Assembly: GCF_001465295.1 (NCBI RefSeq)
Contig: NZ_CP011034.1
Span: forward strand, 2,850,001-2,882,000
DNA length: 32,000 nucleotides
DNA from: Pseudoalteromonas translucida KMM 520
GTDB taxonomy: Bacteria; Pseudomonadota; Gammaproteobacteria; Enterobacterales; Alteromonadaceae
Direction of reading: 5' to 3'
Part shown: positions 17,848-25,675 of the stretch, piece after piece
Layout: every line of letters starts with the position of its first letter
How positions within the stretch are numbered: position 1 is the first letter of the stretch
Program-made: the position numbers and the translations under genes
Notes under the pieces: generated by a model
Databases searched by the model: none
What the model was told of the DNA's origin: nothing
The model's input: only the letters and a program-made list of their open reading frames with translations

Positions 17848-18406
17848 ACGCTCACTTATAATTATAGGCACGGTTGTATTACTGCAAGGATGCGCAGCCG
17901 CAGTAGTTGCTGGTACTGCTAGTGCAATAACGGCAGCAAACGATCGTCGCACTATTGGCTCTCAGATCGATGACAACAACATTGAAATAAAAGCTAGCAT
18001 TGCAATTAGTGAAGTAGATCGCTTGCAGAAATTTGCTCATATTAGCGCTATGAGCGTTAATGGCATTGTTTTATTAGTTGGCCAAGTTGCCAATGAAGAA
18101 ATGAAAAATGAAGCTAATAAAGCCATTGAGAACGTTCCTGGCATTCGAAAAATACATAACCAAATTCGTATTGGTTCAAATATTGGGGTGACTACCCAAA
18201 CTCATGACTCTTGGTTAACCTCAAAAGTAAAAGCGCAGCTATTAACCGCTAAAAATATTAGCAGTAATAATATTAAAGTCGTTACTGAAAATGCCGAAGT
18301 ATTTTTGATGGGTTTAGTTTCTGACGCAGAAGCAGAGCAAGCAGTAAATATTGCGCGTAATGTATCGGGTGTTGAGCGCGTTATTAAAGTATTTGAATAT
18401 TTGTAA
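17840..18406 (+). CDS. dolP: Division/outer-membrane stress-associated lipid-binding lipoprotein DolP (YraP), dual BON domains
   Basis: Lipoprotein signal with lipobox LLQGC, two BON domains and a C-terminal VSGVERVIKVFEY. The start at ATG 17840 is preferred (AGGA 8 nt upstream) over the ORF-track ATG at 17831. Confidence 0.88.
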   Translation: MFKRSLIIIGTVVLLQGCAAAVVAGTASAITAANDRRTIGSQIDDNNIEIKASIAISEVDRLQKFAHISAMSVNGIVLLVGQVANEEMKNEANKAIENVPGIRKIHNQIRIGSNIGVTTQTHDSWLTSKVKAQLLTAKNISSNNIKVVTENAEVFLMGLVSDAEAEQAVNIARNVSGVERVIKVFEYL

Positions 18407-18431
18407 AGATAGTATTATAAATACAGACATA

Positions 18432-18456
18432 AAAAAACCGCTTATTAGCGGTTTTT
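18432..18456. terminator. Bidirectional rho-independent terminator (dolP on +, sspB on -)
   Basis: aaaaaaCCGCTtattAGCGGtttttctttt: a hairpin flanked by an A-run and a T-run between convergent genes. Confidence 0.75.
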
Positions 18457-18485
18457 CTTTTATCATTAACAGATTATAAAATGTA

Positions 18486-18923
18486 TTATTTTATAACACG
18501 TAAATGCGAACCTTTTTTCTTTTCAGGCTTTTCTGGTGGTGTTTCGTCAACATAATTTGCTGATGAATCAACACTTTCAAAATCTGGAGCAAAATCGTCT
18601 TCGTCCTCTAAAAACTCATCTGCTGTAAAGACCGTACCCTCGCCATTTTCACGCGCGTATATTGCAAGTACAGCCCTTAAAGGCACATACACTTGCATTG
18701 GCTGACCACCAAACCGCGCGCTAAAGCTAAGTTGCTCATTATCTAACGAAAACTGGGTTACCGCTGAAGGACTAATGTTTAACACAATTTGTCCGTCTTG
18801 CACAAACTGTGTTGGCACTTGTACTGCAGGGTAATCAGCGTCAACCACTAAATGTGGCGTGCATTCGTTATCAACAATCCAATCAAAAAAAGCGCGTAAT
18901 AAGTAAGGACGATTAGGCGTCAT
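18486..18923 (-). CDS. sspB: ClpXP adaptor / stringent starvation protein B
   Basis: 145-aa ORF starting MTPNRPYLLRAFFDWIVDNECTPHLVV with an acidic linker and the C-terminal ClpX-binding tail GSHLRVIK. TAATG overlap with sspA. Confidence 0.94.
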   Translation of the reverse strand: MTPNRPYLLRAFFDWIVDNECTPHLVVDADYPAVQVPTQFVQDGQIVLNISPSAVTQFSLDNEQLSFSARFGGQPMQVYVPLRAVLAIYARENGEGTVFTADEFLEDEDDFAPDFESVDSSANYVDETPPEKPEKKKGSHLRVIK

Positions 18924-19549
18924 TATAAACGGATCTCACGCTCAGTTTCAGTTAAAGAAGCTTGGAATGATTCACGCTCAAATAAGCGGATCATATACTC
19001 TTTAAGCTCTTTAGAACCTGCACCGTTAAGCTCAATACCAAATTCAGGTAAACGCCATAATAGTGGAGCAAGGTAACAATCTACTAAGCTAAACTCTTCA
19101 CTCATAAAATAAGGTGCTTCGCTAAAGATTGCTGCAACCGCAAGCAATGCTTCTGTAAGCTCTTTACGAGCTTGAGCAGCATCTGGTGCGTTGTTAGTGA
19201 TTTTGTCAGCTAGGCTGTACCAATCAGTATCAATACGGTGCATCATTAAACGGCTACGGCCACGCATTACCGGGTAAACAGGCATTAGTGGAGGATGAGG
19301 GAAACGTTCATCAAGGTATTCCATGATGATATTTGCCTGATATAAACCAAGCTCACGGTCAATCAGTGTTGGCACTGTACCGTAAGGGTTAATTTCGTGA
19401 AGTGCCTCTGGCAGGTTATCTTTTTCAGCCAAATGAATATCTACACTTACACCTTTTTCAGCAAGTACAATGCGTACTTGGTGGCTATACATACAGTTAG
19501 CACCAGAAAAAAGGGTCATTACAGGGCGCTTATTGGCAGCTACGGCCAT
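18923..19549 (-). CDS. sspA: Stringent starvation protein A (GST-like RNAP-associated protein)
   Basis: From ATG 19549 the protein starts MAVAANKRPVMTLFSG, matching the E. coli SspA N-terminus. GGAGGT sits 4 nt upstream. The ORF-track start at 19561 lies inside that RBS. Confidence 0.95.
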   Translation of the reverse strand: MAVAANKRPVMTLFSGANCMYSHQVRIVLAEKGVSVDIHLAEKDNLPEALHEINPYGTVPTLIDRELGLYQANIIMEYLDERFPHPPLMPVYPVMRGRSRLMMHRIDTDWYSLADKITNNAPDAAQARKELTEALLAVAAIFSEAPYFMSEEFSLVDCYLAPLLWRLPEFGIELNGAGSKELKEYMIRLFERESFQASLTETEREIRL

Positions 19550-19570
19550 GCCTACCTCCATTAAATAACT

Positions 19571-19602
19571 AAAACAGCAATAGGGGCTTAAGCCCCTATT
19601 GC
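19571..19602 (-). terminator. Rho-independent terminator of petABC
   Basis: Minus strand reads GCAATAGGGGCttaaGCCCCTATTGCtgtttt: a perfect 11-bp stem at 19577..19602 followed by a U-rich tract, 26 nt after the petC stop. Confidence 0.85.
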
Positions 19603-19628
19603 AAAATTACCTTTAAACATGTTCAAAC

Positions 19629-20372
19629 TTAATGAACATCTCTCCAGTATTCTTTCTTAAGCATAAATGCCAAGATAAATAGGATGAATAAAAATCCAAT
19701 TACCTTAATACCTATTGCTTCTGACTCAAGACGTGAAGGTTCACCCACGTACTCAAGGAAGTTGGTTAAATCGCGAGCAGCTTGGTCGTATTCATCTACA
19801 CTTAATTCACCTGAGCCATCAGTTTCAGTAGCAACAATTCTGGTCACAGTATGACCATTCACTTCTACTTTTTCTGTAATAGCTGTTGGTAAGCCTTGTA
19901 GTTCTTGCAGAACATGCGGCATACCTACAGATGGAAACAATGTATTGTTTACGCCAAATGGACGTGATTCATCTTTGTAGAACGATTTTAAATACGTATA
20001 TATCCAATCAGAACCACGAACACGTGCAACGTTAGTTAAATCTGGTGGCGCAGCACCAAACCACTTTTCAGCATCTTCTTTGGCCATCGCATTGGTAATA
20101 TGGCTACCTACTTTTGAACCGTCAAAAATTAACTGTTCTGCGCCAATTTCCGTTGGAATACCGATATCACGAAAAGTACGTTCATAACGCTGGTATTGCA
20201 TTTGATGACAAGCAACACAATAGTTCATGAACAATTTAGCACCGCGTTGCAACGAAGGCTGATCTGTTAGGTCATTACCTGCATCTAATAATGCCACTGA
20301 AGGACCTGCAGCCATTGCCGGCAACACATTAATTGATAAAGCAAATAAACCAATAAGTAGCTTTTTCATCAT
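19629..20372 (-). CDS. petC: Ubiquinol-cytochrome c reductase cytochrome c1 subunit
   Basis: 247-aa ORF with a signal peptide, the heme c motif CVACH and a C-terminal TM anchor. ATGA overlap with petB. Confidence 0.94.
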   Translation of the reverse strand: MMKKLLIGLFALSINVLPAMAAGPSVALLDAGNDLTDQPSLQRGAKLFMNYCVACHQMQYQRYERTFRDIGIPTEIGAEQLIFDGSKVGSHITNAMAKEDAEKWFGAAPPDLTNVARVRGSDWIYTYLKSFYKDESRPFGVNNTLFPSVGMPHVLQELQGLPTAITEKVEVNGHTVTRIVATETDGSGELSVDEYDQAARDLTNFLEYVGEPSRLESEAIGIKVIGFLFILFILAFMLKKEYWRDVH

Positions 20373-21634
20373 TTCAGTAACCTCTCAGGCAATGGCTTAG
20401 TTTTTTCATTCTTACTGTATACAAATAACAGTACGAAGAACATAAAGTAAGTCACAGTACATATCTGCGAAACAATTGTTTTCATGTCAGTTTGTGGTGT
20501 TGCACCAACCCAACCTAAAAGAACAAAAGTAACAACAAAGCCTGCAATGTTCCATTTGTGGAAACCACAACGGTAACGAACTGAGCGAACTGAACCACGA
20601 TCTATCCAAGGTAATAACGCAAGCACTACAATAGATGCACCCATTGCTGCAACACCCATTAACTTATCAGGGATCGCACGTAAGATTGCATAAAATGGCG
20701 TAAAGTACCAAACTGGAAAAATATGCTCTGGTGTTTTCAGCGGGTTAGCCGCTTCAAAATTTGGCGCTTCTAAAAAGAAACCACCCATGGCTGGCATAAA
20801 GAACACCACCCAACAGAACAATATTAAGAAACCAACCACACCCACAATATCTTTTACTGTGTAATAAGGGTGGAACGGGATCGCATCAAGAATATCTTTT
20901 TTATCAGTATAATATTCATGGAACTTAAACTTAGGTTTATCTTCTTCAGCTACCGTACCTTTTTTACGCTTGTTATCTACACCTTCAGGGTTATTTGACC
21001 CTACTTCATGTAGTGCAACTATGTGTAAAAATACTAAGATCACGATAACTAATGGTAAAGCAATAACATGCAATGCAAAGAAGCGGTTAAGCGTTGCACC
21101 CGATATTACGTAATCACCACGGATCCAAAGTGTTAAATCATCACCTATAACCGGAATTGCGCCAAATAGTGAAATGATTACCTGTGCACCCCAAAATGAC
21201 ATTTGCCCCCATGGTAATAAATACCCCATGAATGCTTCGGCCATTAGCGCTAAGAAAATAAACATACCAAATACCCACAGCAATTCCCGTGGTTTTTGGT
21301 AAGAGCCGTAGATCATGCCACGGAACATATGTAAATATACAACGATGAAAAACGCTGATGCACCGGTTGAGTGTAAATAACGTAATAACCAGCCATAATC
21401 AACATCACGCATGATGTATTCAACTGATGCAAACGCCCCCTCAGCAGAAGGTACATAGTTCATAGTTAACCAAATTCCTGTAAGAATTTGGTTAACTAGT
21501 ACTAACATAGCTAGTGAGCCAAAGAAGTACCAAAAGTTAAAGTTTTTAGGTGCTGGGTACTGTGCAATATGCATGTTCCAGACACGTGTCAATGGTATAC
21601 GGTCGTCTAACCAACCAATAATCTTACCAAACAT
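20369..21634 (-). CDS. petB: Ubiquinol-cytochrome c reductase cytochrome b subunit
   Basis: 421-aa polytopic ORF with cytochrome b signatures (WNFGSL-like NFWYFFGSL, LRYLHSTGASAFF, PEWYF-like FPVWYFTPFYAILR). Confidence 0.96.
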   Translation of the reverse strand: MFGKIIGWLDDRIPLTRVWNMHIAQYPAPKNFNFWYFFGSLAMLVLVNQILTGIWLTMNYVPSAEGAFASVEYIMRDVDYGWLLRYLHSTGASAFFIVVYLHMFRGMIYGSYQKPRELLWVFGMFIFLALMAEAFMGYLLPWGQMSFWGAQVIISLFGAIPVIGDDLTLWIRGDYVISGATLNRFFALHVIALPLVIVILVFLHIVALHEVGSNNPEGVDNKRKKGTVAEEDKPKFKFHEYYTDKKDILDAIPFHPYYTVKDIVGVVGFLILFCWVVFFMPAMGGFFLEAPNFEAANPLKTPEHIFPVWYFTPFYAILRAIPDKLMGVAAMGASIVVLALLPWIDRGSVRSVRYRCGFHKWNIAGFVVTFVLLGWVGATPQTDMKTIVSQICTVTYFMFFVLLFVYSKNEKTKPLPERLLK

Positions 21635-22224
21635 TAGGCCACTCCTTGTTCTTCGCCCACTAATATAGTGGTTTCATCAAGAAAAGTGTATGGTGGTATT
21701 TCTAGGTTTAATGGTGCAGGTACCGATTGAAATACACGGCCAGCCATATCAAACTTAGAACCATGACATGGACAGTAAAAACCGTCGTCAGTCCCTTCCA
21801 CTTTTTCACCAAAGCCACCTTGTAAAAAGCTAGGTGAACATCCTAAATGAGTACAAATACCTACAGCCAAAAATATTTCTGGACGCAATGAACGGTAATC
21901 ATTTGTTGATGATTCTAATTGTTGTGGCTCTTGCGAATGCGGGTCACGAAGTTGATCTTCATGTCCTTTCATTTGCTCAAGCATTTTTGGGGTCCGTGAT
22001 ACAACCCATACAGGTTTACCACGCCACTCGACACGTATTAATTGTCCTGGCTCAAGTTTGCTTATGTCTACTTCTACAGGCGCACCCGCAGATTTAGCTC
22101 GCTCACTTGGATTCCAAGACGCAATAAAAGGAACAGCAGCCCCAGCCGCACCAACACCACCAACAACAGAGGTAGCTATGGTTAAAAAGCGACGTCGGCC
22201 ATTGTCTACAGGCGCATTGCTCAT
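21634..22224 (-). CDS. petA: Ubiquinol-cytochrome c reductase Rieske iron-sulfur subunit
   Basis: 196-aa ORF with a Tat-type N-terminus (RRRFL) and the Rieske 2Fe-2S boxes CTHLGC and CPCHGS. RBS GGAG lies 8 nt upstream. Confidence 0.96.
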   Translation of the reverse strand: MSNAPVDNGRRRFLTIATSVVGGVGAAGAAVPFIASWNPSERAKSAGAPVEVDISKLEPGQLIRVEWRGKPVWVVSRTPKMLEQMKGHEDQLRDPHSQEPQQLESSTNDYRSLRPEIFLAVGICTHLGCSPSFLQGGFGEKVEGTDDGFYCPCHGSKFDMAGRVFQSVPAPLNLEIPPYTFLDETTILVGEEQGVA

Positions 22225-22297
22225 CCACTTATCTCCACTATGATTCTCAACACTTGCTATATTGAGAACATCAGTTACAGCAGGTTAATTTTTTTGA

Positions 22298-22326
22298 ATT
22301 ATAAAATAGAAACGATCATATTTAAA
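22298..22326 (-). promoter_or_regulatory. Candidate petABC sigma-70 promoter
   Basis: Minus strand has TTTAAA (22326..22321), a 17-nt spacer, then a perfect TATAAT (22303..22298). This predicts a 5' UTR of about 65 nt. Confidence 0.35.
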
Positions 22327-22701
22327 TCCTTGTTTAAAACAAGGTTACTCACAGCCCCATGCTCGAATAATCCTGACTTGCTCAAAAAATAGATTAAGTT
22401 AGCTCGAGTATGAAGCCGAATGACTATCATATCGCTTCTGTAAAAATAATATACTGACTCAGGTCAACCTCACCAAAACAAGCAGTAACAACTGCATTTG
22501 CTAGGGCTAAACCTGCTCACATTATTTGCCAGCCAATTGTAGCAAAAAAATTCACCAATTAACTGATGGATTTAAACTAATTACGATAATTATTTAACTT
22601 TTTTAGTATTCACTGAGTGTTTTTTTACTTTTGCTCATTAAACACGCGGAGTTTATCAATTACCTATCGTAAAAGTTACCATTTATTATGTCGCGAAAAA
22701 C

Positions 22702-22728
22702 AAAAAACCCAGCATAAGCTGGGTTTTT
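22702..22728 (-). terminator. Rho-independent terminator of rplM-rpsI
   Basis: Minus strand reads aaaaACCCAGCttatGCTGGGTtttttgttttt, 22 nt after the rpsI stop. Confidence 0.88.
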
Positions 22729-22749
22729 GAATTCTTGATAACGTAAATA

Positions 22750-23139
22750 TTAACGTTTTGAGAACTGTGGACGCTTACGCGCTTTCTTAAGACCCACTTT
22801 CTTACGTTCAACTTTACGTGCATCACGAGTTACGAAACCTGCTTTACGAAGTTGTGGACGTAGTGACTCGTCAAACTCCATAAGTGCACGAGTAATACCG
22901 TGACGGATTGCACCAGCTTGACCAGTTGTACCACCACCAGAAACGGTGATGTGAAGATCAAACTTTTCAGTCATATCAACAAGCTCTAGAGCTTGATGAA
23001 CAACCATACGTGCTGTTTCGCGACCAAAGTACTCTTCTAAAGAGCGCTTGTTGATTACGATGTTACCAGTACCTGGGCGTAAGAACACGCGAGCACTAGA
23101 ACTTTTACGACGACCTGTACCGTAGTATTGATTTGCCAT
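22750..23139 (-). CDS. rpsI: 30S ribosomal protein S9
   Basis: 129-aa ORF starting [20 protein letters not shown] and ending [11 protein letters not shown]. Confidence 0.98.
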
Positions 23140-23150
23140 GATGGTGCTCC

Positions 23151-23579
23151 TTAAATGTCTAGAACCTGAGGCTGTTGTGCAGCATGGTTATGCTCAGTAC
23201 CTGTGTAAACTTTAAGTTTACGGTACATAGCGCGGCCTAAAGGACCACGTGGCAACATGCCTTTAACAGCTTTTTCGATGATCATTTCAGGCTTTGCAGC
23301 TTGAAGTTTATCAAAAGTAGTAGACTTAAGACCACCTGGAAAACCAGAGTGTGAATAGTACACTTTGTTTTTGAATTTGTTACCAGTTACAGTAACTTTT
23401 TCAGCGTTGATAACGATGATATAATCACCAGTATCTACGTGCGGTGTATATTCAACTTTATGCTTACCGCGTAGGCGGAGAGCGATTTCAGTAGCGATGC
23501 GACCTAAAGTTTTACCTTCAGCGTCAACTACGTACCAGTCACGTTTTACTGTTTCTGGTTTAGCAACAAACGTTTTCAT
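23151..23579 (-). CDS. rplM: 50S ribosomal protein L13
   Basis: 142-aa ORF starting [27 protein letters not shown]. Confidence 0.98.
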
Positions 23580-23614
23580 TTATAAAAATCCAATGTTTTT
23601 CAATTAAAACCACA

Positions 23615-23634
23615 AGTAGTTAATATTAACTACT
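23615..23634 (-). promoter_or_regulatory. 20-nt perfect palindrome (hairpin) in the rplM 5' leader
   Basis: agtagttaatattaactact equals its own reverse complement and lies 36-55 nt upstream of the rplM ATG. Confidence 0.5.
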
Positions 23635-23734
23635 GCTCTAAGTTTGCTATAACCCCTTCGAGTTTTAGACTTTTGCGCCGCTCACAAGTGGCTAGACTAT
23701 ATGAAGGCATAGAACGCAACGTGGCAGGAGCGGG

Positions 23735-23743
23735 AGTATATCA
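23735..23743 (-). promoter_or_regulatory. Candidate rplM extended -10 promoter
   Basis: Minus strand reads TGaTATACT (TGnTATAAT class). This predicts a leader of about 150 nt. Confidence 0.4.
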
Positions 23744-23895
23744 GCACTTTTATTGCATTACTACCGGCGGGGTGTTTTTTCCACAAATTTTTTAACTGCT
23801 AGGCACTTTATATTAAAAAGACCTTCGCTGTGTATCGGGCTCTAGCATTGAGCCCCTTTCCCAACAAAAGTAAATTAACCCTAATGCGCTAACTT

Positions 23896-24984
23896 TTACG
23901 CTAAATGCTCTTTCGCTAAATACTCTAGCGACTGCATTTCTTGTAAGCGACTTATGCAGCGTTTAAACTCAAAGCTTAAATTACCTTGAGTATAGAGCTC
24001 AGTAATGGGTTTTTCTGCCGAAATTATTAAAGTCACGTGGCGTTCGTAAAATTCATCTACTAATGCAATAAAGCGTCTTGCTGCGTCGTCGTTCACTTGC
24101 CCAAATTGCTTTACGTTAGACAAAATAACCGTGTTATATAAGCGGCTAATTTCCATGTAATCTACCTGGCTACGCGCGGTTTCACATAACTCGCTAAACT
24201 CAAACATAACAATACAATCAGATACTTTACGGGTTTTAATCATGCGCCCTTCAATTTCAATGGCGGTATTAGATTTACCCTGTTCGTGTGATAACTTATC
24301 AAAGTATTCAAATAAGTTTTTATCGGCCTGCTCATCGAGTGGACTGTGAAATATCTCTGCCTGCTCTAAGGTTCTTAATCTGTAATCTATGCCCGAATCG
24401 ACGTTTACTATTTCTGTATTAGCATTAACAAGCGCAATAGCGGGCAAAAAGCGCGCGCGCTGTAAGCCATTTCGATACAACTCATCGGGAATAATATTCG
24501 ACGTAGCAACTAACACTATGCCACGAGCAAACAGTGCTTCCATTAAGCCACCGAGTAACATAGCATCGGTAATGTCTTGAACGTAAAATTCATCAAAACA
24601 AATTATATCGGTTTCGGCTTTAAAAATATCAGCTACTATTTCTAGTGGGTTTGCTTTTTTATTTAATTTTTTAAGCTCGTCATGTACTCGGTGCATAAAG
24701 CGGTGAAAATGCACGCGCATTTTTCGCTGCCCCGGTAGTGCTTCATAAAAGGTATCAACTAAATACGTTTTACCACGCCCTACCCCGCCCCAAAAATACA
24801 AACCTTTTATAGGTGCAGGCTCTGTTTTATTAAATAGTTTTGCAAAAAAACCGGTAGGTTGCGGTTTTGCTTGAGTTAAATCATCATATAAGCGCTGTAA
24901 ATGACGTACAGCATTTTCTTGTGCTGCGTCGTATACAAAGTCATCACGCTTGAGGTCTTGCTGGTATGTTTGCCAAGGAGTCAT
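23896..24984 (-). CDS. zapE: Cell division protein ZapE (AFG1-like ATPase, YhcM)
   Basis: 362-aa ORF with Walker A GGVGRGKT and a Walker B-like ICFDEF. Conserved position next to rplM and divergent from yhcB/zapG. Confidence 0.93.
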   Translation of the reverse strand: MTPWQTYQQDLKRDDFVYDAAQENAVRHLQRLYDDLTQAKPQPTGFFAKLFNKTEPAPIKGLYFWGGVGRGKTYLVDTFYEALPGQRKMRVHFHRFMHRVHDELKKLNKKANPLEIVADIFKAETDIICFDEFYVQDITDAMLLGGLMEALFARGIVLVATSNIIPDELYRNGLQRARFLPAIALVNANTEIVNVDSGIDYRLRTLEQAEIFHSPLDEQADKNLFEYFDKLSHEQGKSNTAIEIEGRMIKTRKVSDCIVMFEFSELCETARSQVDYMEISRLYNTVILSNVKQFGQVNDDAARRFIALVDEFYERHVTLIISAEKPITELYTQGNLSFEFKRCISRLQEMQSLEYLAKEHLA

Positions 24985-25025
24985 ATCTATTTACAGTTAA
25001 AACGCAGTTTAATTTACAAAGCATA

Positions 25026-25054
25026 TTAACACGCATCATTAGTCAGGGTATATT
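25026..25054 (+). promoter_or_regulatory. Candidate zapG sigma-70 promoter
   Basis: TTAACA (25026-31), a 17-nt spacer, then TATATT (25049-54), about 55 nt upstream of the zapG ATG. Confidence 0.35.
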
Positions 25055-25109
25055 AGACTTAGTTTGATTTAAGATATTCGTTAGTTATTTTCCCAAAGAG
25101 GTGATATTT

Positions 25110-25544
25110 ATGGGTACATTTACATGGGTCGGTTTAGTCATTATTGTTGCTATAGCCGCATTTTTCATCGGTGCATTTGTCACTAAAAAACAGTTCAAGC
25201 ATGATGAATTAGAAGAGCAGGTTGAACAAGCAAAAAATACGCTAGAGCAATATCGACAAGATGTAGCTGATCACTTAGCGAATACTGGTAAGTTAGTAAC
25301 TAAAATGAAAGACAATTACGATCAGTTACTTAGTCATGTTGAAGAAACTAATCAGTTGTTACTAGAGGACAGAAATAAAGCACCTGCTGAACCTTTTTTC
25401 TCTAAAGAGATGACTCAGCAGTTACAAGCATCACTTAAAGAGCGCCGCTCAGATCGCTCTAACGCCGATGCACAGCCGGCTGATTACGTATCGGGTGAGT
25501 CTGGTTTGTTTGCTGGTGAAGCAAAATCTTCAACAGTATCTTGA
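25110..25544 (+). CDS. zapG: Z-ring associated / envelope protein ZapG (YhcB, DUF1043)
   Basis: N-terminal TM (FTWVGLVIIVAIAAFFIGAFV) followed by a long coiled coil. ATG 25110 is preferred (GAGGTG 6 nt upstream) over the ORF-track GTG at 25101. Synteny zapE <> yhcB-degQ-degS as in E. coli. Confidence 0.9.
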   Translation: MGTFTWVGLVIIVAIAAFFIGAFVTKKQFKHDELEEQVEQAKNTLEQYRQDVADHLANTGKLVTKMKDNYDQLLSHVEETNQLLLEDRNKAPAEPFFSKEMTQQLQASLKERRSDRSNADAQPADYVSGESGLFAGEAKSSTVS

Positions 25545-25545
25545 T

Positions 25546-25573
25546 GAACTTTTTTTCAACCCCATAGTCTTTA
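25546..25573 (+). promoter_or_regulatory. Sigma-E (RpoE)-type promoter motif
   Basis: tGAACTT (25545-51), a 16-nt spacer, then TCTTTA (25568-73). Compare the E. coli sigma-E class, roughly GGAACTT-N16-TCTGA/TCAAA. It begins immediately after the zapG stop codon. Confidence 0.35.
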
Positions 25574-25612
25574 GATATAACAGCTTTGTTGTTTTATCTT
25601 ACTGATAAATTG

Positions 25613-25639
25613 AAAAGGGCTGCATATGCAGCCTTTTTT
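25613..25639 (+). terminator. Rho-independent terminator downstream of zapG
   Basis: aaaagGGCTGCatatGCAGCCtttttt: a palindromic GC-rich stem followed by T6. Confidence 0.85.
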
Positions 25640-25675
25640 AATTTTCGCTTATCCTAAGTGGAGTAAACCCTGACT

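Noticed and set aside
23678-23687. TTGTGAGCGG (minus strand) matching 10 nt of the lac operator core in the rplM leader
   Set aside because: Only a half-site-length match with no symmetric partner. No LacI-family gene is nearby. Treated as coincidence.
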